A DNA stretch of 41,130 nucleotides from Azolla caroliniana (GCA_043228905.1 JBHGNT010000275.1:1-41130); one strand, 5' to 3'. Shown: positions 10,358 to 23,402, counted from the first letter of the stretch. Notes: a model not told the origin generated them from the sequence alone. Numbers and translations are program-made.

Positions 10358-13300
10358 ATGGAGGTTCGGTTTACACACCTCGGGTGCTTCATTGAGGAAG
10401 AAGGCCGTGTGATTGCGCAAGGGCGCAGAGACGGGAGGATGTTCATCCTCGACTCCACTGACAGTGGCACCACAATGTTCGCGAAGGGAAGAAAAACCGA
10501 GTCGGACATCGACTTGTGGCACAAGCGGATAGGCCACGTCAACTACCAGCGGCTTCAAGACCTGCAATCGAAACATGTAGTGTTCGGATTGCCCAAATTT
10601 AGTGGCCGAAAGACACAAATTTGTGAAGCCTGCCAGCTCGGGAAGCAACACCGACTTCCTTTCCCCAACGAGCAAAACCAGAGCCGGAATAAGCTCGACC
10701 TCATACACTCCGATGTATGGGGGCCGGCACAAAACGTTAGTCTTGGCGGGAGCCGATATTTCGTCTCCTTCATCGACGACCACACGCGACACACGTGGAT
10801 CTACCTCATTGAGAGGAAGAGCGAAGTCTTCCACTGTTTCCGGGACCTCAAAGGGTTCGTGGAAACGGAAACGGGACGGAAGATCAAGTGCCTGCGGTCG
10901 GATGGCGGGAAAGAGTACTTTTCTAGTCAATTCAACGGTTATCTACAACAAATGGGAATTCAGCGCGAATTCAGTTGTAGATACACGCCAGAGCAGAACG
11001 GCGTGGTCGAGAGGAAGAATCAGTCAGTTGTGGAAGAGGCACGGGCAATGTTGGAGGAGAAGAGCTTGCCCAAGTTCTATTGGGCCGAGGCAGTAAGGAC
11101 CGTGGTATACATCCAGAACCGGATCGGAGACAAAGTGTCGGCGCACGAGCTGTATTTCGGAACGAAGCCGAACTTACGACACTTGAGGGTGTTCGGTAGC
11201 ATTGCGTATGTGCATGTACCGAAGGAGAAAAGGAGGAAGCTAGACGCAAAGGCTGAGAAATGCATCTTGGTCGGTTACTCGGACGAGCAGAAGGGTTATA
11301 AGTGCTATAACCCTCGCACCAAACAAGCGCGTGTTAGCCGCAACGTTGTGTTTGACGAGTCCGCGTCCTGGTACCAGCCCCCGACTCCGAACCCCAACTC
11401 CAATCCGAGCTCTGACGATGAGGTCAGCGAGGCCGAGATGTCTTCGGATGAGCCCGAAATCGAGACCCGCAAAGAGAGTCCGATTTCACTCCGTTTAAGT
11501 GGACCGATTGGACGACTGAGTCGGTACGACCAGTCCGATGAAGAGCCGGCAAGTAGTGGAGACTCGGCCGTGCATTCCCCGCGCAGGAAGCCGGGGAGAC
11601 GGCTTACGCGCAAAGAGAAAGGGATGAAGAAGGTGTCGGATTCCGGCACGGATAGGAACAAGTCAGACCGATGCGAGTCCGACTCCGAGGGAACCGGTGA
11701 CAGGTCTTTAAAGGTGAAGATCGCGTCGACCGAGAAGGCCTCGACATCGGCTAATGTGAGATTACGCCGATCTACCCGCTAGAAGAATCCTGTTTTGCGG
11801 TTTGGATACAACGAGTACATGGTGCATCATTATGCGTACATGACCCGTGTAGCGGAAGTGCGTGAGCCGGAGAGCTACGCAGAAGCGGCTAAAGACGCGA
11901 ATTGGCGTGATGCGATGGAGGAAGAGATGCACGCATTGGCGGAGAACGAGACCTGGGACCTGGTTGACGCACCAAGAGGAGTAAAACCAATCGGGTGTAG
12001 GTGGGTGTACAAGGTCAAGTACAACACCGATGGCTCGGTCAACCGGTACAAGGCTCGGCTAGTGGCAAAGGGCTACGCGCAGAAACACGACATCGACTAC
12101 GATGAGACGTTTGCGCCGGTCACGAAAATGACGATCGTCCGTGTTTTGCTCGTAGTAGCTGCAGTGAAGGGGTGGCACTTACATCAGATGGATGTAAAGA
12201 ATGCGTTCCTGCAAGGTGACCTTGAGGAATAGGTGTACATGGTACAACCCCCCGGATTTCACTCTGGAACGAACTCCTCGGCAGCATGCCGACTGAAGAA
12301 GTCCCTTTACGAACTGAAGCAAGCCCCGCATGCCTGGAACGCAAAGATCACGCAACAACTGCATCGGATGGGCTTCGTCACGTCAAAATCGGACTCTTCC
12401 ATGTTCATCCGGAAAGGTCGACTCGAACCGGTCAGTATTTTACTATATGTTGATGACTTGGTCATCACCGGCGCCGACCTATGTGAAATCGACCGCGTGA
12501 AGCTCCAGCTTGCGGCATCATTCGACATGAAGGATCTGGGGGACCTTCATTACTTCCTCGGGATCGAAGTGATTCGTACCCCTGAAGGCATATTGATCAG
12601 CCAACGTCACTATGTGCTGAGTATGCTCTTCAAATTCGGGATGGCCGACTGTAAGTCAGTCTCGACTCCTCTGGACAGAACCGTCAAGCTTCGTCCCGAT
12701 ACGGGAACGGTATGTGACCCGACGAGGTTCCGATAAATTGTCGGAAGCCTCATATACTTGACCATCACCCGACCCGACCTCAGTTATCCGGTCGAAGTGA
12801 TCAGTCAGTTCATGGCGCGACCTACCGAGGAACACCTTCAGTGTGCGGAACGCATACTTCGGTATGTCAACGGCACTAAGGACTGGGGACTGCTATATCG
12901 GACCGGTGCAGCCGCGCAGTTAGTCAACTACACCGATGCTGACTGGGCTGGCAACGCCGCCGATCGTCGATCCACGTCTGGATACGCGTTCTCCCTCGGG
13001 AGTGCCGCGATTGCGTGGAGCAGTAAGAAGCAGCTGACAGTTGCACTATCGAGCACCGAGGCTGAGTACCGAGGAGCGGCTGTCGCGACATGCGAAGCCA
13101 TATGGTTGAAGCGGCTACTTAAGGAACTGCAAGAGGAGGTGTCAGATCCGACGATGATCTACTGCGACAACCTCAGCAACATCCAACTCGCGAAAAACCC
13201 CATTTTCCACGCACGGACCAAGCACATTGAGGTGCACTACCATTTCGTCCGTGAGCGTGTCCTTTCCGGTGAAGTCGAACTTCAGTACGTTCCGACGGAT

Positions 13301-13954
13301 TGGCAGACTACCGACATCTTCACTAAGCCCCTTGCTCTGGACAAGTTGCGGCAATTCTCCGGTGCGCTCGGATTGCATCACCTCGACGTGCCAAACTTGA
13401 GGGGGAGAACAGTCCTGAACGACCAAGCAAAGCAGCAGGAAAGGAGCGGAGGCCGCAACACCGCGTCGGTTGACTCGGCTGTTGACTCAGTTGTCGAGTT
13501 CGACTTCGGATCGGCTGAAGAAGTTGAGGGCGGACCCGCGGAAAAGTCCGAAAGCGAACAGAAGGGGAGCAGCTGAAGGAGAGAGCCGAAGCCAACCACG
13601 CATGGGGAAGATGATGCCACCAAGGGCGAGAAGACCGAAGATGAGTTGGAGACAGCCAACTCGGACGGGAGCGAAAACCGATCGGAGGTAGCCGAGTCGG
13701 TTCGGATGTTTGATTCAAATACGCTGAATCAACCGAGGCCCAAGCGGAAGAAAAGGCAGCAGGAGAAGCGTCAACACCGCAACAACATAAGAGCTGCTAA
13801 GGGCCGCATGAGCAGACAAGCCGACCGGAAGGGTCGAAGCGCGCGGAGTCGAATAGATCGAGGAGCGCGAGCGAGGCGTGAAGCTAGGAGGAACCGGAGC
13901 TTTGAGCTCGAGGATCCCGAAGAGCCTCGAGTTGAGCTTGAGGGGGAGTGTTGA
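10358..13954 (+). pseudogene. pol: Copia B pol with C-terminal extension; single frame, four nonsense codons
   Basis: ORFs starting 10358, 11795, 12233, 12758 and 13646 are all in one frame. Motifs WHKRIGH..CEAC, IHSDVWGP, RSDGGKEY, QNGVVER, LYVDD, TDADW, ARTKHIE. Confidence 0.93.
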
Positions 13955-14351
13955 GAGACAAGCTCAACATCGGCCGGATCGGCTGAAGAAGCCGAGGACC
14001 GGATCAGTTGGGACCGATCGGTTAGGCCGAGTGCGTAAACCGGGAGGCCGTTAGGAAAGATATTCCATGAGGAATATATTTGGGAGTTAGTGTAGGAGCT
14101 CTTAAAGAGCATTGAAGTACGGTCAGTACTTCGGTCAGTCCTTCGAGGACTTGTATAAAAGTGTTCATGGAACACACATATGTATAGAGCAGTGAATTGA
14201 GATCTTTTGTTAAATATAGTTCTTGTATTTTCTCTCTCTCACTCTCTCTGTCTCTCCCGCGTATACTGCGTAAGCTCAGGCTCTCCATTAAACCTGAGTT
14301 TTCTTCCTTCTGTTCGGTCTTCATACTTGCTTCTGCACGTTACTTTTTACA
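13949..14351 (+). repeat. Copia B 3' LTR (403 bp)
   Basis: TGTTGAG...TTTTTACA; TATAAAA near 14155; shares GAGCATTGAAGTAC and GGACTTGTATAAA with the copia C LTR. Confidence 0.85.
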
Positions 14352-14637
14352 AAAACAATCTCTCATATTCATATCGAACCACTCCTTATATGGTTGCCGA
14401 ACCCTTTCTTTCAAAATTATCTCTCATTTTTCATATCCAATCTGTTGTAACACAATTCTTATATTATAAAAGAATATATTATTTTGATATAAACGAATTT
14501 TTTCTTTCACTTATGTGTCTTCTATGTAAATCTTGCTTGTGTTTTACAAGGGAGCTCTAAATCCTTCCAGTCCATAACCCAGACTGTTCCGCCTCATGAT
14601 CCGCACATAGTGACAGATTTTTCACAACATAATTAAG

Positions 14638-14655
14638 TGGTGAACCCGATGTGAA
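14638..14655 (+). promoter_or_regulatory. G2 primer-binding site, tRNA-Trp
   Basis: TGGTGAACCCGATGTGAA, 17/18 identical to the G1 PBS. Confidence 0.85.
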
Positions 14656-14682
14656 GAGGCGGTAGGGAGGATATCAAGTGCG

Positions 14683-16853
14683 ATGATGGCTTCGACAAAC
14701 GGAACTAAAGGAGAGGAATTAACGAAAGGCATGGTGTTCGTCGTGGAATACATGTTGAAGGTGAGAGATCGTGAGGCTTTAATCGACAAAGCTGTTGATC
14801 GAATAGTGGAGATAACTGGACGATTCGGTGGCAAGAACATCACAAATTTCCTTGCTACCTATTGGAATGAGATGCAACAGAGAGATGTCCACGATCTGAA
14901 ACAAATTTCTAGGTTTAAGCGTGTGGTGGAACTAGGGATCCGTGAGCGCATATGGAGATCCAAAACGAGCACACAACTTGGGCGGAGTTCGAAAAGACAC
15001 TTCTTGTTGAATACATGCTTGAAGATGCACCAAGGATAACTTGACATACACTAATGATTTGGATCAAGAAGAAAGGGAAGAATCTGTGTGCATCGGGAGT
15101 ATATGTGGATTTCGACCAAAAGTAGAACCGACTTCCGAGTGTTGATCAACGAGTTCTCGATGGAGATAAAGTCTTACTGTTCCTGAAGGCGGTGGATACA
15201 AAAGACCGACGAGAATTGGGCAGCCTTTTGGAGGATGAAACGCAACCAAATGGCTTGGTAGCAAACTGGGTGGCGGTGAAGAAGGCTTGCAGCCATCTTG
15301 ATAAGCGTCGACAATGGTTAGAGGAGACTAACGTGGAGAATCCAAAATCGTGGAGGAAGGTGCCTACAAGAATCAAACCTAGCAAGCTGATCAACAATTT
15401 TGACAAGAAAGCGATGGAGGAATCTATAATTGAAGAGCTCTCCAAGAAGTTTGAAGCGGCATCGCTTGCCAACTTAGGTCGACGCGGGCCCAAGGGAAAA
15501 GAAGCATTTAGATGTGTGTGGTGCGACAGATTTGAGCACTCGTGAAGGGAGTGCACTGACTTGCAAGACGCGATTTGCAAGAATGTTGTCTATTTGGACG
15601 GGAACATGATCCACTTGGGAGAGACCCGGAAGCCACTACGAGTGAACTTCGGAAGAGGTAGACTGAAAAAGATTGTGGAAGAGGAAGACGCAAGGCATGG
15701 AAGCTATGTACTATGCCGCATCGGCGGGGATGTGAGTTGGAAGAGAGAATCTTAAAATGATCAAGCTAGGAGCTGGGTTTTGGCCGATGGTCTTCATGTG
15801 CGAGAAAAAGGCAAAATCGATTCGGAGGATCTTAAACTTGTTGATCGAAATGTGCGACTAGTTACCGGATGGTCGGATCTAGTCGACAATAACACAAGCT
15901 TTGCGGAGGTTGTGTGTGACAACTATGAAGCTCTTGTCGAAGAGAAGAGGTAAAGAACTGGTGAAGAAAATGACACATCAAAGCGTCCCAATATGAGGAA
16001 CACAGGGAAAGAAGGGCAAGCCCAACCTATGCCACGAAAAGAGATCGGAGAAACAAGCATGAAGCCCGGTGGATCGAGTCAACTTGCTCGGATGGAAGTC
16101 GATGAATCTGTGAAGAAAGGAAAAGAACGAGCGGCACCGACTTACAAGCTAAGGTCGGACATAGAACAAACAATTGACTTGCGGAAGGTTCTTGAGGAGA
16201 AGGTTTTAGATAGTCATGTCGACCTTACTTTGAGAGAAATGCTTGGGATCACGAAGGAGTTCCATGATACTATCGTGGACCTTATAAAAATAAAGTGGCA
16301 ACAATCGGATGAAGAGGAGGTGAAAACAAGTGCCATAACTATGGCAAGATCGGAAGAGGAGGAGGAAGACGAAGTGGTGGCAGACAACCATTACTCTTGG
16401 CCTCATTGGGCAAGAGCAACAATGGAGACGCCGGTGAAGATCGGGGAAAAGAAAGAGACTGTGGTATCCTTGATTGACCATGGCTCGGAGATCAACCTCA
16501 TGTCGACCGAGCTCTACAAGAAAGGAAGATGGCCGATTAATACAAACCACAGATTTTGAGCGGCAACGAAGGCCACGGAGGACTTGTACGGAGCATGCCC
16601 CAATGTTAAAGTCACGATAGGGGATGTGGAGATTGATCAACACTTCTTCGTGCAAGACTTGAATTCGCATCCTGTCATCCTAGGACAACCGTATATAACA
16701 TCGTCCTGGATGGAGACGAAAGTGTTCGATAATGGAGCAGCCTTCGCACGAGTCAAGAGCCTTGATAGTCAAATATCTGTGCAATTCCTGATGGTGCAAG
16801 CTAATCATGAAAGGAACCGAGATAGCCTTGGAGGCGAATCCTCGGATTTTTAG
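14683..16853 (+). pseudogene. gag: G2 gag-protease, disrupted
   Basis: GRFGGKNITNFL, RCVWCDRFEH, LIDHGSEINLMS, VILG, ending GGESSDF* as G1 ends GGESREDF*. Confidence 0.88.
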
Positions 16854-16908
16854 AGCGAACTATTGAAGCGTGGGGTAGAAATAGTCCAAGCAATCATAAG
16901 TCCCCACA
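16844..16908 (+). promoter_or_regulatory. Putative -1 ribosomal frameshift signal, G2
   Basis: GGATTTT at 16844-16850 plus TAG; stems ACTATT/AATAGT and GTGGGG/CCCCAC. ORFs 16919, 17213 and 17624 lie in the -1 frame. Confidence 0.8.
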
Positions 16909-18739
16909 AGGAAGCAGAGTGCGTGGATTGCAAGGAGAAGCAACATGCGCCACACCTAGTAGCGCATGTAAACTAACACTACTTAACAAGAAGAACAAGC
17001 GTCGAAAACAAGACTTCGAGAAGATGCTGAAAGAAGAAAGCATAATAGGAGAAGAAGAATTCATGACCTATATTATGGAAGAAGCCTCATTTAACGACAC
17101 CATCGGTGACATCGAGGAAGTTGTGGACTTGAGCTATCTTCATGATCAACACATGATTTCGGTTAACTCCATCAACATGTATGCTATCATTGATGAATAT
17201 CAGTGAAGCATCTTGATGGAGGAAACTGAAGTCAACGCAAAATATAAAACGGTGGATAGGAAGATCAAGCCAGTTGCAGTTCTGCTACCAGAAGATAGTT
17301 GGCAAAAGATGAAGGAAGTTGCAAAAGATCCAAGCTTAAGGAATCCGAAGACAATAGGTCACGTCTTCATGGAAGAGACGAAAGGAAAGCTACGAGTTGG
17401 AAGGGAGGATTTCCTCCTCCTTGAAGAGGAGCGAATGTTCGGTGGATTGCTTGGAAGACATGGGAAGGCTTTTGCATTTTTCCCACAGGAAATCGGATGT
17501 GCTAATTCGAGGACGATAGAACCGATGGTAATCTTCACGGTACCGCATGTGCCTTGGAATTTGAAACTGATACCGGTTCCGAGGTGTCACCTACTGAAGC
17601 TGATCGAGCTCTGAAAGGAGAAGGTGAATATGGGAATTCTTGAACTGTCGAACTCTCCTTATTCTAATAGGTGGTTCACGGTGCCGAAGAAGAATGGATT
17701 GTTGCGATTCATCCAAGATCTTCAAACTGTCAACAAGGTGACAATTTGGAATGCTGGAATCGGTCTGAGTGTGGATGAATTTGCCGAGGTGTTTACGGGC
17801 CGGTTCATCTACTCCATTGGTGATCTCTACTCTAGATATGATCAATTCCAGTTGGCGGCCGACAGTCGTGACATTACAATGATGAGGACTTCGATTGGGC
17901 TTGTGCGGATGTGTACCTTACCTCAAGGTGCAATGAACTCGGGGGTTCATATGGTGAATGCCATGAACAAGGTCTTGAAGGATTGCATCCCAGGCATCAC
18001 GATGCCATTCTTGGATGACATTCCAATAAAAGGATGTTTGGATGAGGAGAAGGATGAACCGAAAGATAAGGATGGATGCAGAAAGTTCATCATGGATCAT
18101 ATGAAAGATTGTGAGAAGGTGCTCCAAAGGCTCAAAGATGCGAATTTGACATTTTCAGGAGAAAAATCTGCATTCAGACAACCGGAGATCTTGGTGGTAG
18201 GTCACTTGTGTGGAGCATACGGTCGGAAGGCTTCGCCATCGAAGGTGAATGCGATCCAAGACATGAAAGAAGAATGCGTAACCCAAATGGAGGGCGAAGG
18301 TTCCTTGGAGCATGCACGTTTTATCATATTTAGATTCCAGACTACGCCCACATTGCTGAGCCATTGTACGGTCTACTAAGGAAGAAGCGAAGGTTCGAAT
18401 GGACAAGCGAGCATACTTTCGCCATCCGAATGCTGAAGAAATTATTGATGAAGGCACTTGCATTATGAAAGGCAGACTATTCAAATGGCAAGCCCATTGT
18501 CGTGACCGTGGATACTAGTCCGACCATAATTGGATGGGTTATCAACCAAGAAGACGAAGATTGCAACTGATATGCAATTTGGTTTGGCCTGAAAGTGTTA
18601 AGTGATAGGCAAAGAAGATATGCCCAAGTGAAGAGGGAGCTATGGGGAATTGTATCGGCGATCAAGTCTGATCGTGACTACCTTATTGGAGTAGAAGTCA
18701 TAATCGAGACAGATTGCCTACCAATCTTCGGTATGATAT
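16850..18739 (+). pseudogene. pol: G2 pol, RT and N-terminal RNase H
   Basis: WFTVPKKNG, LPQGAMNS, PFLDDIPIKG, YAQVKRELWGIV, ETDCLP. Confidence 0.9.
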
Positions 18740-19299
18740 TGTTGGGAAATCGGTCTCTCCGGATAGGATCCGGTGATGAATATAGAGGACCCGGTGAGAA
18801 CTCGAAGAGATCCGGAAACCGGATGAGACCCGGTGAGAACCGGAAGAGAGAGTCGGTGAGAACCGAAAGAGAAGACATATCTGTAAATGTGTTTTGAGTA
18901 AGCCTATTGAGGTTCTATTTGTAAATAGCCGTAAGTTCATATAAGTATAAATATGACTTAGGGTAATTGTATTATGATCATTGTTGTGGTAATTGTTGTA
19001 CAGAGAGCGATAGAGAGAGAGAGTGTGTGAGATACAGAGAGATACTCTGTTGTAACTGCCAGTTGGCAAAGATACAGAGCTCGAGGTAGTTGCCTTTGAG
19101 GCTCTGATTGTACAATTTCTCCCATAGTGATGGTTGGAGTCGGTGGGCTCCCGTGGTTTTTCCCTATTTGGGTTTTCCACATAAACATCCTATGTATTTT
19201 CTTTGTGTACTCTCCATTTCCCATTACTGTGTTTCATTGTCATAGAAGTGATTCATTACTCGGTTGTGGCCGAGCAATATTCTGCGTTATTTCTCAAGA
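18740..19299 (+). repeat. Copia D 5' LTR (560 bp)
   Basis: Starts TGTTGGG; ends CAAGA where the 3' LTR has CAACA. Confidence 0.93.
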
Positions 19300-19302
19300 A
19301 AC

Positions 19303-19313
19303 TGGTATCAGAG
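19303..19313 (+). promoter_or_regulatory. Copia D primer-binding site, tRNA-iMet
   Basis: TGGTATCAGAG, 3 nt after the LTR. Confidence 0.92.
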
Positions 19314-19328
19314 TGAACAACATGGGAA

Positions 19329-22300
19329 ATGGAAGAATCGTTCAACGGCATGTTCAAGCTCACTGGCTCCAACTACTTAGTGTGGAAGTCAAAGATGAGG
19401 GATATGCTAGTGGTCAAAGATCTTTGGTTGCCGGTTCAGTTCGGGGACAAGAGATCGGATAAGATCGACGCCACAGTGTGGGAGGTGATGCATATGAAGA
19501 CGATGGCATACATCTGGTGCTTCATATATGAGGCTGTACAACAACTTCAATGAAGAGAGCAAGGCTCATGAACTCTGGGAGAAGATCAACATCATGTTCT
19601 AGAACAAGAATGCCGTTAATCGGGTTTCAGTATTCCGGAATCTAGTGAGGCTCCGGTACCAAGATGGCTCAGTATGGCGGAGCACATGAATGCCTTCCAG
19701 GGATTGATCCACTAGGAAACCTCATTGGAAGTACCTCTTGCCAATGAGGCACTTGCATTGCTCCTGCTCGGTTCCCTCCCAAATAGCTGGGAGACGTTAG
19801 TTGTCACGCCGGGCAACGTTGGGCCGTAGGGAAAACAATTGTTCCTAGCAAGCATAAAATCAAGCTTGTTAGATGAAGAAGCTCGTCGGAAGGATCGAGA
19901 GTCCGGAACTGATCCGAAGGCCTTAGTCACGGAAGATGACCACAACCGGGGAAGAGGCCGGTATTGGAGTCCCCAAAACCGGGACAAATTGGGGATGAGG
20001 TCGAAGTCAAGGGGGAGGCCTACTTGCTTCTACTGTCAGAAGTCGTGGCACTTCCAGAAGAACTGTCGGCATTTCCGGAAAGAGAAGGAAACCGGTACCA
20101 CCGATTTGAAGAAGAGTTCAGACCGAAATGGTTTGGACTGGAGAGGCCCGGATCACAAAGGAACGTCGGCAATTGCGACAAGTGAAGAGGAACTGATGCT
20201 CATTACCGAAGAGAATGAGTTAAACCTTGTCGGCGACGAGACAATGTGGGTTGTCGATTCCGAAGCGTCGTTCCACCTGACACTGGACCATAGATGCTTC
20301 TCATCCTACACAACCGCTGATCATGGTTGTGTCCGTATGGGGAATGAAGGTACATGCCGAATTGTCAGCATAGGAGATATGTTGATGACATCAACCAGAT
20401 GCAAGTTGCTTCTGAAGGATGTCCGACATGTTCTGGAGGTTTGATTGAACCTAATATCAGCCGGTCGGCTAGATGATGAAGGCTACACGGGTAGCATCCG
20501 GAACGGAGCTATGAAGTTCAGCAAAGGGTGCTTAATAGTGGCTCAAGCCTGGAAGATCAACACACTGTACTTGATGAATGCCCGGATATGCCGGGAAGAA
20601 GTGAACGTAGCACCCGACACTGCCGGTGAGCTATGGCACAAGAGGTTGTGTCACATGAGCTAGAAGGGGATGAAGAGGCTTGCCGATGACAACCTCATTC
20701 CGGTGAAGGCCGTGCAACTTGAGAAGGGTACCAATTGTTTGGTCGGCAAGCAAAACCGGACCTCCTTCCGGTCAAGACCATCGATGAGACGGAATGGACC
20801 ACTTCAGCTGGTGCACACCGATGTGTGTCAAGTGGACACGAAGTGACATGCCGGATCGCAATACTTCGTGACATTCATAGACGACCACAGCCGGAAGTTG
20901 TGGGTCTCACCGTTGAAGATGAAGGATCAGGTGCTATTCTTCTTCAAGGAGCTCCACGCAAGAGTGGAAAGAGAAACTGGCCGGAAGCTGAAGGTGGTTC
21001 GAGACGATAACAGAGGAGAATACTAAGGGCAGTTCGAGGAGTACTGCCGGTCGAAGGGAATCTGGCTCGAATTCACCGTGCCGAAGACGCCGGAACTAAA
21101 CGGGCTAGCCGAAACAATGAACCGGACCTTAATTGATAGAGTTCGGAGCATGCTCGCACATGCCAAGTTACCCAAGAAGTTTTGGGATGAGGCGCGGACG
21201 ACGACGACCTATGTGATAAACAGATCACCCTTAGTACCCTTGGGAGGAGACTCACCTCAAAAAGTATGGACCGACAAAGATGTATCTTACCGGCATCTGA
21301 AGGTGTTCGGGTGTCTCACATACGTGCATGTGGTGAAGGACAAGAGAAAAAAGCTAGACCCGAAGTCCCGACCATGCTTATTCCTTGGATACGACGACGA
21401 TGAGTTCGGTTACCGGGTGTGGGATTTGGTCGACAAGAAGGTATTCCAGAGTCGGTACATAGTCGTCATGGAAAACAAGACCATTGCCAACTGGGAGTCG
21501 GAGAAGAAGATGACCAACTCCTGACCATCCAATGAAAACCGGCATGAGGACATAAGGACCTACCCGGTTGAGAGCCGGATGTTAGCCGGTAACAGGATGA
21601 CACTCAACAAATCGGCTAGATTCGGACAAGAAACCGAACCGATTGAAGAAGAAGAAGAAGAAGAAAACACCAGAACCGGACAAGATCCCGAATCGGATTC
21701 GGATTCGGAACAGACGAAGGAACCGGTAGTCAGAAACCAAGGACGGAGATATACTCTCCAGGAGAGAAGAGCCCCCCGAAGATATCCGGATGCAGAGCAT
21801 GTGTTGCTAATCGATGAGGGGGAGTTGGAAAGCTTTGAAGAAGCAAGGGGAGACACCCACAACCGCAAGTGGTTGAGTGCCATGTAGGATTAGATGGATT
21901 CCCTGCATGAGAACCACACATACAAATTGGTGGGGTTGCCGAAAGGAAAGAGGGCACTGTGGAACAAGTGGGTGTACAAGCTGAAACCGGGAGATGCCGG
22001 AAATCCACCTAGGTATAAGGCCTGAATCGTGGTGAAGGGCTTCCAGCATAAGAAAGGAGTGAACTTCGATGAGATCTTTGCCTCAGTAGTAAAGATGACA
22101 TCCATCCGGACGGTATTAGGCATAGCAGCAAGCATGGACCTCGAGGTAGAGCAGTTGGACGTGAAGACGACATTCCTCCATGGTGACCTCAAAGAGGAGA
22201 TCTACATCCATCAACCGGAAGGATTTGAGAAGAAAGGGAAGGAGCACCTGGTGTGCCGGCTAAAGAAGAGCTTATACGGACTAAAGCAAGCTCCCCGACA

Positions 22301-23390
22301 ATAGTACCGGAAGTTCGACTCCTTCATGAACGACCAAGGGTACCACACGACGCAGGTTGATCATTGCGTGTTTGTGAAGAAATTTGATGGAGAAGATTTC
22401 CTGATACTCCTCCTATATGTGGATGATATGCTGATCGTCGGACGAGATCAAGGCAAGATTTGGACGCTGAAGAAGGCTTTGAACCGGACCTTCTCTATGA
22501 AAGACTTGGGGCCGACAAGACAGATATTGGGAATGCACATCATCTGGGACCGGTCGAAGAAGCTGTTGTGGCTGTCATAGGAGAAGTATGTGACAAAGGT
22601 GCTTCAACGGTTCAACATGTCGGAGTCGAAACCGGTCGGATCAACACTTCCGGCAAATTGCAAGCTATCTGGAAAATAAAGCCGGTGGACAAAGGCAGAG
22701 AAGACGGATATGATGAAGATACCATATGCCTCTGCCGTAAGGAGCTTGATGTACGCAATGGTATGTACCCAACCGGATATCGGATATGCAGTCGGAGTGG
22801 TGAACCTGTTCATGAGCAATCCTGACAAAGAGCATTGGAATGTGGTCAAGTGGATACTCCGGTATCTGAAAGGCACTTCGAGAATGTGCCTCCGGTTTGG
22901 CTCCAGTAATCCCCAACTTGATGGATTCAAGAATTCAGATATGTCGGTTGATGCGGGTACCACCTGGTCTACATCCAGATATGTCATGACTTATGCAGGG
23001 GGAGCTGTATCATGGCAGTCGAGGCTGCAGAAGATGGTTGCGTTGTCAACCATGGAGGCGGAGTACATGGCAGTTGTGGAAGCTGGCAAGGAGATAATCT
23101 AGATGAAGGACTTCATCGGAGAGTTAGGGATCCAACAAGAGGAATACCGGCTCTACAGCAATAGTCAAAGTGTCATCCACCTTGCAAAGAATGCGACCTA
23201 CCATTCCTAGACAAAACATATCCAGTGAAGGTACTACTGGATCCAGGAGAGAGTAGAAGATCAAGAGTTCGTGTGGACAAAGATCCACACGGAGGAGAAC
23301 GGGTTGGACATGCTGACCAAGGTCCTGACAACCGACAAGCTGGACGCATGCTGAAAGCGGATCGGCTGACAAGATATCCCATGCCGGAGT
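19329..23390 (+). pseudogene. Copia D gag-pol, disrupted
   Basis: KLTGSNYLVWKSKMRDML, CFYCQKSWHFQKNC, WVVDSEASFH, WHKRLCHMS, LNGLAE, LLYVDDML, IPYASAVRSLMYAM; many stops. Confidence 0.92.
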
Positions 23391-23402
23391 GAAGGGGGAG
23401 AT

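Larger units (their letters stand above)
10358..14351 (+). mobile_element. Ty1/copia element B (3' part with complete 3' LTR)
   Basis: Pre-integrase, IN, RT and RH domains; PPT 13938-13948; LTR 13949-14351. Confidence 0.92.

Noticed and set aside
13931-13954. VELEGEC as a selected peptide motif
   Set aside because: Fully explained by nucleotide constraints of the hairpin arm, PPT and LTR start.
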